A stretch of DNA of 64,000 bases from Lachnospiraceae bacterium (GTDB taxonomy: Bacteria > Bacillota_I > Bacilli_A > RFN20 > CAG-826). The notes below the pieces were generated by a model. It was not told the DNA's origin. It worked only from the letters and a program-made list of their open reading frames with translations, and made no database searches. This document shows, in pieces, positions 27,357 to 36,711 of this stretch. The number at the start of each line of letters is the position of its first letter. Position 1 is the stretch's first letter. The position numbers were made by a program, and so were the translations under genes. The stretch is from assembly GCA_963657245.1 (NCBI GenBank), contig CAVKLJ010000003.1:65219-129218 (forward strand). Direction: 5' to 3'.

Positions 27357-28799
27357 ATGATTTTATCTGATTTAATTCCTGAATTTATCTGTGAAGACGA
27401 AAAAAACGAATGCAAAGCAAGACTTGATAGAACAAATCTATTAGGATGGTTAAAAACAATCGATGGTTTTGCCAATAACGAAGGTGGAACCTTTTATTTA
27501 GGCGTTCAAGATAAATCATATGAGGTGATTGGTTTTGACACAAAGGAATTAGACTCAGAAAAACTTTTCCTTTTTAGCACGATAAATCAACATTTCCAAA
27601 TTGCCCCATTGATAACAACAAAAACTATTCCATATATAGTTCGTGATAAGGAACGTTACATACTTGCAGTTAACATCGAAGAATCGTCTGCAAAGCCTTT
27701 AATGTTCAAATACAAAGAGATGCCAATGATCTTTGTTAGACGTGATGGTTTTACGAATCCTGCAACAATAGAAGAAGTATTGAGCATGGCTAAAAGCAAC
27801 AATTCTCAATCCTTTGACACGCAACCAACAGATATAGATTTTAACATCAATGATTTCACAAAATTAGCCAAGTTTTATAAAGAAAAAACGGAAAATGAAA
27901 TAACAGAAAAAGGTTTGGCCTCAATTGGGTTTTTTGATAAAGACAAGAAACTTAGAAGAGGCGCTTTACTATTCAAAGATGATTACAAAGGCGAAGAAAC
28001 CCAAGTTACATGTACGACATTTAATGGCTTAACAAGAGGAGATGACTACATCATTTCCACTGCAACATTTGTCGGAAATTTGATTGATGCTTATTCCTTT
28101 ATTTGGGAATACATACAGCAACGTATGAATCATGGTTTTATCAAATATAACACTGGAAGAAAAGATATTGATGCCTATCCTTCTAGAGCTTTATTTGAAA
28201 CGATAATAAACGCTTTAGTTCATCGTGATTATCTTATTAGCGGAACGCAAATATCAGTGAATCTATTTAAGAATCGTTTAGCCATAACATCGCCAGGAAA
28301 TATAATTGATGGAAAGTCTTTTGAGCCAACTTATGATTTATCCTCCTTTGTATCAAGCAGAAGAAACGAGCTCTTATCAAGGGTTTTCGTTTATTGCAAA
28401 GCGATGGAAGCAAAAGGCACTGGATTTAAGAAAATAATAGAAGATTACAAAGATAAAGACGTTTATCATAAGCCTTTCATCTTTTCAAAGAACAACCAAT
28501 TTACCACTGTCTTACCAGATATAACCTATAGCGAGGGCGTTGTTCCTTCTGGCAGTATTATTACCATAATTGGCCATACAAATGTCTCAGAACACTATTC
28601 TTCGCCGATTCTTCTTTATTGCCTAAAAGAGAAAAGAACAGTTAATCAAATTACGACATATCTCAACGTTTCAAATTCAACATATTTCAGAACAAAAGTT
28701 CTTGATGAGTTGGTAAAAAGAAAATATCTCTTCTTAAGCAAAGAAGGTAACGTGTCTAAATATTTAACAAATAGAGAGATGATAAAGATAAATCAATAA
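27357..28799 (+). CDS. AlbA_2 plus HATPase_c_4 putative DNA-binding ATPase/regulator, paralog 3
   Basis: 480 aa with the motifs GFANNEGGTFYLGV and ETIINALVHRDYLISGTQISVNLFKNRLAITSPG. Confidence 0.75.
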   Translation: MILSDLIPEFICEDEKNECKARLDRTNLLGWLKTIDGFANNEGGTFYLGVQDKSYEVIGFDTKELDSEKLFLFSTINQHFQIAPLITTKTIPYIVRDKERYILAVNIEESSAKPLMFKYKEMPMIFVRRDGFTNPATIEEVLSMAKSNNSQSFDTQPTDIDFNINDFTKLAKFYKEKTENEITEKGLASIGFFDKDKKLRRGALLFKDDYKGEETQVTCTTFNGLTRGDDYIISTATFVGNLIDAYSFIWEYIQQRMNHGFIKYNTGRKDIDAYPSRALFETIINALVHRDYLISGTQISVNLFKNRLAITSPGNIIDGKSFEPTYDLSSFVSSRRNELLSRVFVYCKAMEAKGTGFKKIIEDYKDKDVYHKPFIFSKNNQFTTVLPDITYSEGVVPSGSIITIIGHTNVSEHYSSPILLYCLKEKRTVNQITTYLNVSNSTYFRTKVLDELVKRKYLFLSKEGNVSKYLTNREMIKINQ

Positions 28800-28930
28800 T
28801 GGTTTTAAATTTCTAGATTTGTATAAATCGAACTCGATCCATCTATCAGCATTTATCAGAACTACATAAATGATAATGGGTGTTTTTGCTATAAGTTTAT
28901 TCTTAGTTTATTGCATTTAATAGTGTTTTT

Positions 28931-28981
28931 TGTCGATTATAGTCGACAGAAATGTATTGTTTTTGTAGAATATAGTCGACA
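28931..28981. repeat. TATAGTCGACA x2 (33 bp apart) plus TGTCGA-N6-TCGACA palindrome upstream of the DUF4143 ATPase gene
   Basis: The 11-mer occurs at 28938..28948 and 28971..28981. The second copy abuts the RBS AAAGGAGAA. Confidence 0.8.
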
Positions 28982-28993
28982 AAGGAGAAAACC

Positions 28994-30253
28994 ATGGACC
29001 ACGAAATTCTCAAGCAAATTATCTTTGAACAACATGAAGTTATTAAAAAAGCTCAGATAGTAACTAGAGATTACACTTTCGATAAAAACGCTAACTACGT
29101 TTTGATAGGTCTTAGGCGCTCAGGAAAATCAACGCTCCTATATAAACGTGTTAAAGATCTCATCGAAGAAGGTGTTGATTGGGAACAAATAATTTACATA
29201 AACTTTGACGATGAGCGTTTGCTTGGCTTTCAAGCAAATGATTTCGAGGACATATTATTGACTGCCGAAGAAATAACAAACGATAAGCATTATTTCTATT
29301 TTGACGAGATTCAAAATATCGATGGTTGGGAAAAATTTGCCATAAGAATGGCTAATGCCATGGAAAAAGTCGATATAACAGGAAGCAATGCGAAAATGCT
29401 TTCAAGGGAAGTCTCGGCAAAATTAGGCGGACGTTATCTTACGAAGATAATCCATTCCTATTCCTTCAGAGAATTTCTCCGTGCAAAATCAATAGACGAA
29501 AGCTCTTCGTATTCCCTTTCTGAACGCGCAACAGTAACAAACGCTCTCCAAGAATTCTACAAGTTTGGTGGATTTCCAGAATCAATCAATTCCATGGATA
29601 AGCGCGAATACGTTTCAAGCATATACGAAAAGATTCTTCTTGGTGATATCATCACTCGCAACTCCATCCGTGGAGAGAACGGCATGAGAATCCTGATAAA
29701 GAAAATATCCACCACCGTCTCACAAGATGTCTCATATACAAATCTTTATAATGCTTTGAAAACGATTGGTTTTTCTCTTTCAAAAGACACGATCATTGAT
29801 TATTGCTCATATGCCACTAAAAGTTTCCTCTTATTTGCTTTGAAAAACTATTATGCTTCCTTTGTTGATAAGGAAAGCAATTCGAAATATTACTTTTCGG
29901 ACAATGGTATTTTGAATCTCTTTTTGGCTAAAGATGACACCTCTCTTTTCGAGAATTTAGTCGCAATAGCCTTAAATCAAAAATACCAAGAAAAACTTTA
30001 TTATTTGAAAAGCAGCAAAACTAAGATAGACATTGATTTTTTTGTTGATGTGGAAAACATCGCAATTCAAACTTGCTATTCCATGGAGAGTCCTACAACT
30101 TTCGAAAGAGAAGTTGGACAACTTAAAAAACTCGACGAAACAGATCCTGGAAAATATAAACTCATCATCGTGACTATGAACGAAACCAAGACAATCCCTT
30201 TAGAAAATAACGAAATCAGAGTGGTCAAATTGCAGGATTTCCTTCTTTCGTAA
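28994..30253 (+). CDS. AAA_14 ATPase with C-terminal DUF4143 (PD-(D/E)xK-like) domain
   Basis: 419 aa. Walker A is GLRRSGKST and Walker B is FYFDEIQ. The size and layout are typical of the widespread 'ATP-binding protein/DUF4143' family. Confidence 0.7.
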   Translation: MDHEILKQIIFEQHEVIKKAQIVTRDYTFDKNANYVLIGLRRSGKSTLLYKRVKDLIEEGVDWEQIIYINFDDERLLGFQANDFEDILLTAEEITNDKHYFYFDEIQNIDGWEKFAIRMANAMEKVDITGSNAKMLSREVSAKLGGRYLTKIIHSYSFREFLRAKSIDESSSYSLSERATVTNALQEFYKFGGFPESINSMDKREYVSSIYEKILLGDIITRNSIRGENGMRILIKKISTTVSQDVSYTNLYNALKTIGFSLSKDTIIDYCSYATKSFLLFALKNYYASFVDKESNSKYYFSDNGILNLFLAKDDTSLFENLVAIALNQKYQEKLYYLKSSKTKIDIDFFVDVENIAIQTCYSMESPTTFEREVGQLKKLDETDPGKYKLIIVTMNETKTIPLENNEIRVVKLQDFLLS

Positions 30254-30349
30254 GCATTTTTTCAAGGCAAAAAAGTTTGGTGACTATTTTATTTTGTCTT
30301 TTGATAGGTAAATGGCGATAAATATAACGTCGAAAATCTAAAAAGCCTA

Positions 30350-30378
30350 TATAAAAAGCCACCGTTTTCACGATGGCT
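30350..30378 (-). terminator. Terminator of lipoprotein gene 30398..32692
   Basis: Read on the minus strand: AGCCATCG-tgaaaa-CGGTGGCT followed by TTTTT. Confidence 0.65.
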
Positions 30379-30397
30379 TATAATTCAAAATAACGTT

Positions 30398-32692
30398 TTA
30401 AATCTTATCGAAAGATATTCCTTCTAAGACCGTTCCAAAGGAAATCTTAACACTACCTTTAACATATGAATTAGATGATAAGGTATATCCTGCTTCAGTT
30501 AACTTTGCCTTCATCTTATTAACGTAACTTGTCCAATATGTTTCATCGATATCCGCACCAGTATAAATGGTAACTTTGGTAATAATGGTTTCAGATCCAT
30601 TGTAACTAGTCTTTAAATCGACATACCATTCGCCAGAAATCTTGCCATCATAGACGAATGGAATCGTCTTTGCGACTTCTTCGCCATATAAAGATGTTAA
30701 GCTATTGGCTAGTTTAGATGTTAGTCCCTCATTTGGAGTGTTCTTTTCTTCTAACCAGTTTGTAGGTTCGCCTGCTGCAGTTAACGCGTCGATCTTTTCC
30801 TTAAGATCTGCATCAATGCTGATGTTATCATATGTGAATTCAATTGTTTCTTTTTGGCGAGATAGATTTGCCGTTAGTTTATAGTCATAAGAGAATGATG
30901 CAAGTCTCCCTTGGTCATCAACGTTAAAGACCAATGTATCATCAACGGCATAGCTGCTAAAGAAACCTGCGGTCAAAAATGGGCCAAAGCCTGTTGCAGC
31001 AGCAATAGGTTTAAACGTTTTTCCATCGCTTGATAATTCAAATACGGCTGGAGAACATGCAAAACCACAGTGATTCATTAATTTATCGCCATCAACAGGA
31101 GTTTTATCTGCAGTGACATTGTTATTTTCATCTATTGTGAAATATTGAACTCTGCCATCAGAAAGAACGTGATATCCTTCATAGGAATATAAAGTCTCAG
31201 TTTCTTCACCAATAAGCATTGATTTAATAAGGATTGTATCTGGCGTGACGGTTGTCTCAACATACGAGAGATTCTTCTCGTTGATATGAGATTTTGCTTT
31301 ATAGGAAACTCCATCATTTGTGATACCATCAATTGCTTTCTTAACCGCTGGATCAGAGGTTGTTATTGGGGAAAGATCCCAAGGTGCACTTGGATTTGAT
31401 GCAACATCAATTTCAACGCGGTAATATGTGCGTCTTCCATATGTATCTTGTCCGATTTGTGGGGTTTTAAGAGTAACGGAAGAAACAACGCCATTCGTAA
31501 GGTGTAAATCAACACTTGAAGCGTTGTTACCGAAAGAAAGATAGCTTAAGCCTCCCCCAATGCTTGCAGCATAATAACCATAATAATGGTAAGTGTTATC
31601 CGTTGTTTTTCTAAATGCTTCAGGTTCAACGGCTGCAGTGTTGTATCCGAAAGCAAGTTGACTCCACTTATAACCTGATATTGTTTGGGTTATCTTTTTA
31701 TTCTCTGGAGATAAACCTGCTTGGAGAATTCCGCCATTGCTGTCTTTTTCATAATGGATGAACTCTTTGACATCATCGATGGTGCTACTGATTTCAACGC
31801 TTGTTTCGTTGTATTTAAGCGTATATGTGCCAATTTGAGATTCTGTGCCATCGACGTTTAAATAAACCTTTGCATTTCCTTCAAAATTCTTTGAAGCAAG
31901 AGGGGCTAAAGCGTCTGTAGTAATTTGTGTTTTAGAAATGGAGAATTTTGATTTTGCATCCTCTACTTCTTTCGAAGATGCTTCACCAATGTTCTCTAAG
32001 ACTGCAGTTCTAGCAGATAAAGATGCCTTATATGAACTTGGTGTTGTGGCGGGTTGAGTTAAGGTGAAAACAAGGTTGTTGTCATCGTTGAAATAGAATT
32101 CAATGCTATCAATATAACCACTATCATATGTTTCGCTTAATTCGAGTAATGTGGAGAAGCCTTCAAGAAGGTTGGCATTCTTTGAAGAAAGCGATCCATT
32201 GGTTGTTTCTGTGAAATCTTTTTCTTTCAAATATGAAGCGCGAATACCAGAGAGAAGATTGAAAGAAGATATGCTTGTAACATATGGGTTCTTTGAATCT
32301 CCTGTTGGATATACGTCATGTATTGTTACTTTTCCTTCATCATCAACAGAGAAGAAATATAGGATTTTGCCAACATTCTCTTCATATGAATCAAGCAAGA
32401 TATAGCCTGATTTGCTAGAAGAGAATAAGACGTAGTCGCTAGCATAATAATCGCGTAAATTTGAGCCGTTTAAGGTATATACGAGTTCAAATATTCCTCT
32501 TTGAGCATTGACAAGTGATTCTTTGATGTTATCAAAGTTTGTTTCTAGTTGAATAATAGAAGAAGAACTAGATGAGGTGGATTCAGATTCTGAAGAAGAA
32601 GATGATGAGTCCGTAGAAGAACTATCTACTTTAGCGCATGATGCCATTATTAGTGGCATAAGAGATAAAAGAAGGATTTTTTGTTTTTTCAT
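30398..32692 (-). CDS. Large surface lipoprotein, unknown function
   Basis: 764 aa. Signal peptide plus lipobox IMASC, followed by an S/T/D/E-rich linker (about 30 residues, mostly Ser). Confidence 0.7.
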   Translation of the reverse strand: MKKQKILLLSLMPLIMASCAKVDSSSTDSSSSSSESESTSSSSSSIIQLETNFDNIKESLVNAQRGIFELVYTLNGSNLRDYYASDYVLFSSSKSGYILLDSYEENVGKILYFFSVDDEGKVTIHDVYPTGDSKNPYVTSISSFNLLSGIRASYLKEKDFTETTNGSLSSKNANLLEGFSTLLELSETYDSGYIDSIEFYFNDDNNLVFTLTQPATTPSSYKASLSARTAVLENIGEASSKEVEDAKSKFSISKTQITTDALAPLASKNFEGNAKVYLNVDGTESQIGTYTLKYNETSVEISSTIDDVKEFIHYEKDSNGGILQAGLSPENKKITQTISGYKWSQLAFGYNTAAVEPEAFRKTTDNTYHYYGYYAASIGGGLSYLSFGNNASSVDLHLTNGVVSSVTLKTPQIGQDTYGRRTYYRVEIDVASNPSAPWDLSPITTSDPAVKKAIDGITNDGVSYKAKSHINEKNLSYVETTVTPDTILIKSMLIGEETETLYSYEGYHVLSDGRVQYFTIDENNNVTADKTPVDGDKLMNHCGFACSPAVFELSSDGKTFKPIAAATGFGPFLTAGFFSSYAVDDTLVFNVDDQGRLASFSYDYKLTANLSRQKETIEFTYDNISIDADLKEKIDALTAAGEPTNWLEEKNTPNEGLTSKLANSLTSLYGEEVAKTIPFVYDGKISGEWYVDLKTSYNGSETIITKVTIYTGADIDETYWTSYVNKMKAKLTEAGYTLSSNSYVKGSVKISFGTVLEGISFDKI

Positions 32693-32796
32693 AATTGTTC
32701 CTTTGCTTGCAAAAAACGCACTTAGTTAAGGTATCCTATTTTCAAAAAACTTCAAGAATTATCATATGAAATTTGAAAAATGTAAAAATATTGCAT

Positions 32797-32822
32797 ATAA
32801 AAAGGCCACCTAGCGGCGGCCA
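32797..32822 (-). terminator. Terminator of lipoprotein gene 32841..34775
   Basis: GGCCGCC-gcta-GGTGGCC on the minus strand, followed by TTTTTAT. Confidence 0.65.
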
Positions 32823-32840
32823 TTCATATTTTTATGACTA

Positions 32841-34775
32841 TTAAGCTTGTTGATTGTTTGAAACTACGAATTTTAATGTTGCGTATCCATCTCCATCGGC
32901 AGAAAGTCCAAATGGTTTGCCCTCATCCTCAACGTATCTAACAATTCTTGCATCGCTAAGCCCGATAAAAGCATCAAATTCTGTGAATTCGATTTCGGCT
33001 CCATCAAGTTCCCAACTAAAGTCGTAATCAGACTTAACGGTGTAGTTTCCATCATCATCTTTTGTGTATATTGTGCAAACGCCATCACCATTTGTCTTGA
33101 ACGTTAAGTAAACGTCATAAGAATAGATCCTCCTGTTGCAATAGAAGGTATTGCTTGTTAAGAATGTTTCATAATTGGTATCTGCACTTAAAACATAGAA
33201 AGTTTTTGTAACAGTGACATTAGGGTCGTCTACGCTTGCTAAAGTAACAGTGACTTCGCCCTCTTTTATACCCTTTAACGTAACAACACCTTCTTTGGAA
33301 ACACTTGCTTCAAGGATTGAAGGATCACTAGATGTAGCTGTTACAAGTTGAGCAGCAACAGATGGTAAAACGTAGTAATTAAAGTTCTTTGTCGTGCCAG
33401 CCAAAATTCCATATTGAGCATCTCCGACAAGGCTCGTTTCGCTAAATATAACAGATTCAGGTTGGGCTTCAGTAATTGTTAAACCGGTATATTTAGCTGT
33501 TGTTAGATAATAAACGCCCTTGTTATCTCCAGAGCTACGTTTACGATAATAAGAGAAAGTCAAATCAACTGTGCCTGCACCTTTAATAACAAAGGTCCCA
33601 TCTTCCAATGCAACCACTTCTGAATTAGATGTTTCTTTTGGCGTTAAGTAGGTTTTCAAGGCTTTTGCTGGTTTTTTGCTTCCTGCATAACCATAAATTT
33701 CGGTTGACGCCTTTGAAAGAACTATTCCATCTTTGTACCCGTAGTCGGTGATATTAAATCCATTTTTCGCTTCAAGACCCACGAATAAAACATCTGTTAA
33801 GAAATAATCATTTGGGTCTAAAACATTATCTCCAAGACTATCTGCTCTTGTTCCATAGGTGATGCTGCCAGATTGAGCATATTTAGATGTATATGTGTCG
33901 CTTGCATCACCAATTCTTGTGTATGTGACAGAATTTGAATAATCAAACGAAAGAAGTTTCGTCTTTGTCGAATCCAAGACATAATCAAGATTGATAACTG
34001 TGGCAATTGTTTGCCCCTCTTCATCGTAGCTATATTTGAATTCTTGCTTATATTCGATATCACCATTGTCTTTCTTTGTTGGCTTGATGCCTGTTTTTCC
34101 TGTTTGAGAAATATAGGAACTGCTATAAAGATCGTTGATGATATAGGCTAATTTGGAAGTTAAGTTAACTGAAGCGTTTAATCCAAACTCGCTTGCAAGG
34201 ATGTATTCGCCATCTTCAAGATTTCCTTTATCATTTTCTGAAGCAATGATGAATTTTTTACTTGCAGAATCGCTATAAGCGTCTTGTGATCCGATATTCT
34301 TATCAAAGTCTGTGACTTCAACAAACATATCATATGAAGCGACACTAGAATCAACTTCATATTTATCAGTTATCTTGGTCGCAATTCTCTTAAAGGAATC
34401 TGTTTTGGTTTCCTTGCCTTCTTCTCCCTTGGTATAGGTACCAACTGAAGTTGTTGACCCATCCGCATATGTTGTATATGTTTCTTCTGTTATATCACTT
34501 TTAGCAGAAGTAACGTTTTCTTCTTTGTATGTCGTGCTTGAAGCACCGGAAATTTCTGCAGCTTGGGTTTTTGCTATTTCCTTATAAAGATTTTCAAAGC
34601 TAATTGTTCCATCATCAACTGAGGATGAACTGCTGCTAGATGAACTCGTTGACTCACTAGAAGATGAGGTAGATTCTGATTGTTGTTGGCTTGAAGAGCT
34701 GCTGTCAGAATGGTTATCACAACCAGTTAATAAGCCTGCTGCGGCTAGGATTAATATCAATTTAGATTTTTTCAT
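32841..34775 (-). CDS. Surface lipoprotein with Big_2-like Ig domain
   Basis: 644 aa. Lipobox LLTGC, then a poly-Ser linker. The C-terminal third contains VTATSSDPSILEASVSKEGVVTLKGIKEGEVTVTLAS, which is Big_2-like. Confidence 0.7.
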   Translation of the reverse strand: MKKSKLILILAAAGLLTGCDNHSDSSSSSQQQSESTSSSSESTSSSSSSSSSVDDGTISFENLYKEIAKTQAAEISGASSTTYKEENVTSAKSDITEETYTTYADGSTTSVGTYTKGEEGKETKTDSFKRIATKITDKYEVDSSVASYDMFVEVTDFDKNIGSQDAYSDSASKKFIIASENDKGNLEDGEYILASEFGLNASVNLTSKLAYIINDLYSSSYISQTGKTGIKPTKKDNGDIEYKQEFKYSYDEEGQTIATVINLDYVLDSTKTKLLSFDYSNSVTYTRIGDASDTYTSKYAQSGSITYGTRADSLGDNVLDPNDYFLTDVLFVGLEAKNGFNITDYGYKDGIVLSKASTEIYGYAGSKKPAKALKTYLTPKETSNSEVVALEDGTFVIKGAGTVDLTFSYYRKRSSGDNKGVYYLTTAKYTGLTITEAQPESVIFSETSLVGDAQYGILAGTTKNFNYYVLPSVAAQLVTATSSDPSILEASVSKEGVVTLKGIKEGEVTVTLASVDDPNVTVTKTFYVLSADTNYETFLTSNTFYCNRRIYSYDVYLTFKTNGDGVCTIYTKDDDGNYTVKSDYDFSWELDGAEIEFTEFDAFIGLSDARIVRYVEDEGKPFGLSADGDGYATLKFVVSNNQQA

Positions 34776-34879
34776 TACAATCTCCTTTAAAAGCCTTATG
34801 GCAAAACGACTTTTGCATTATAACTCAAAATTAAAATAAGAGTGCTTTTTTTATTTTTATGCGTATAATGAACGGCGTT

Positions 34880-35710
34880 ATGAAAACTAAATTAATCTTA
34901 TTGTTTACAGTTCCCTTCCTTCTAGCAGGGTGCCACGATATCGATGGCAGTTCTTCCTCAGTCGAGGAATCTGATACATCATCAAGTTCCGAAGAGGAAT
35001 CGTCTTCTGAAGAATCAACAGATATCGATCTTCACGTAACCGACAACATGGTTGGAACATGGTACATGTCTTCAACAACCAATGGTCTATTTGAAATCAA
35101 CAGCATTTTCAAAATCAACGCGAACGATACTCTTGAGTTTGGTACAAGAACACTTACGTTAAAAGGGCATTATGAGAATTTTGAAGAAACATATGAATTC
35201 GTCTATGGAACAATTCATTTCATTGCCTCATATGACGAAGATCACAAAGGAATAGACTGGGGATATAAAAACGGTGACAATGCTGATATGGGATTTGCCT
35301 TGAGCGAACCGGTTTCCGATGAAATCAAATATGATTATGAAGGAGATGAGTTCCCAATGAGTAAAATAAAGGAATTCCTTGGGACAACTTTAGATATTCC
35401 AACAGCCGAAAGCGATTCCTATCGTCTCCAACTATATGTATCACCTTTATACAGTGCTAATTGCGCTTACTTAGGCGTTCAAAATTTTACGGCTAAGCAA
35501 ACTTTAGCGTATTTAAAAGCATTGCAAGAAGCTGGGTATACATTCTATAAAGACATACCAAGTAAAACGGTCTCTGATGATACGTTCTACACTTGTTATG
35601 ATTCAACAAAGACATATTCCATCCGTGTTCATCACTGGGCAAAAAACGGTAGTGATCCAGAAGAGATGAGCTTACATATCTATAAGTATCAGGAACAAAT
35701 CAATAATTAA
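34880..35710 (+). CDS. Surface lipoprotein, unknown function
   Basis: I prefer the start at ATG 34880 (MKTKLILLFTVPFLLAGC) over the track start 34859. It has an S/E-rich linker. No obvious SD is present, and a TATAAT lies at 34864..34869. Confidence 0.65.
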   Translation: MKTKLILLFTVPFLLAGCHDIDGSSSSVEESDTSSSSEEESSSEESTDIDLHVTDNMVGTWYMSSTTNGLFEINSIFKINANDTLEFGTRTLTLKGHYENFEETYEFVYGTIHFIASYDEDHKGIDWGYKNGDNADMGFALSEPVSDEIKYDYEGDEFPMSKIKEFLGTTLDIPTAESDSYRLQLYVSPLYSANCAYLGVQNFTAKQTLAYLKALQEAGYTFYKDIPSKTVSDDTFYTCYDSTKTYSIRVHHWAKNGSDPEEMSLHIYKYQEQINN

Positions 35711-35723
35711 GGGGGATTTATCA

Positions 35724-36629
35724 ATGAAATCGCGTATTTTACTTCTATTAGCATCAGTAACATTGCTTGCTTCATGTGGTGAAAGAGTAGATTCGTCATC
35801 TTCGGAGGAATCATCTTCTACAAGCGAAAGTTCTTCTTATGACTCAGATTCTAGTTCATCTGAATCAAGCTCAAGTTCTTCATCTACCGAAGAGACGGAA
35901 TTAGACGCAGATCTTCTTGATAAACTCGGAAAGAAGCTTCTTTCCCTCGAAGGCAATGTTGTCAAAAGCAAAACCAACATGATCAGAGAGTTTGATTATG
36001 GCTCTGGATTTGCGATGTATGTAACAGACGAATACGAGACAACTAGATATACAAAAGATTCATCATTCGTTAAAGAAACGGTTGGCACACAAAAGATTGG
36101 TACAACCACTTCTTCTTATAAAACGCAAACGTTTGATAACGAAAAGAAATTTTATCGTATCCAAGTTTATGATGAAGATTCAGAAACAAGAACCCAAGCG
36201 TCTCAAAAATATTCATCAGCTAGTGTCGAATCCATATACGATGTTGGTCAAGCATATACAGAAATTGCAAACTTCAACTATATGCTTACTCAATCAAAAA
36301 CTGAGTATGACAATTATCTCGTTAAGTGCCAATTCAACAACATGGAAGGCATTGAAGAAAACGGAAAACTTTCATATGCTTATGCTATATCCTTATATGA
36401 AAAGGACTCTAGCACGACCGAATACGTTCTAACTCAATACATGGCGTATGAGAATGTCTTCACCATCCAAAACGATCTAATAACTCATCTTTCTCAGAAA
36501 TACGTCACCAAGACAATTGCCGGTGCCGCAGAGAATTCTGTCACGGTCAATCTTGAAGAAGACTATACTCAAGGTGAATATCAAGAATTCAGTGGTGAAT
36601 TATATACAATCGGTAAAGATACTAACTAA
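35724..36629 (+). CDS. Surface lipoprotein, unknown function
   Basis: 301 aa. Lipobox LLASC followed by a ~45-aa Ser-rich linker. RBS AAGGGGGA. Confidence 0.7.
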   Translation: MKSRILLLLASVTLLASCGERVDSSSSEESSSTSESSSYDSDSSSSESSSSSSSTEETELDADLLDKLGKKLLSLEGNVVKSKTNMIREFDYGSGFAMYVTDEYETTRYTKDSSFVKETVGTQKIGTTTSSYKTQTFDNEKKFYRIQVYDEDSETRTQASQKYSSASVESIYDVGQAYTEIANFNYMLTQSKTEYDNYLVKCQFNNMEGIEENGKLSYAYAISLYEKDSSTTEYVLTQYMAYENVFTIQNDLITHLSQKYVTKTIAGAAENSVTVNLEEDYTQGEYQEFSGELYTIGKDTN

Positions 36630-36711
36630 ATTGTAAAAATTCTTATTGACATTTTCGAAGTCTATTTTAATCTTATTTTCCGTTAAGGCGAAAAGCCTAT
36701 AAAGGAGAATT

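Noticed and set aside
32560-32650. Ser-codon-rich DNA tracts at the 5' ends of the lipoprotein genes considered as VNTR or microsatellite repeats. Other examples are at about 34620-34700, 34950-35020, 35780-35890 and 20-90.
   Set aside because: The codons are heterogeneous (tca, tcc, tcg, tct and agc mixed) with no exact tandem unit. This is protein-level low complexity rather than slippage-prone DNA repeats.
34859-34879. The track start at ATG 34859 for the 283-aa lipoprotein, and the idea of a leaderless mRNA from the TATAAT at 34864.
   Set aside because: The upstream Met codons add MRIMNGV before a canonical signal peptide. No SD precedes any of the three ATGs, so the start cannot be settled from sequence. 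I chose 34880 and did not promote the leaderless idea to a finding.
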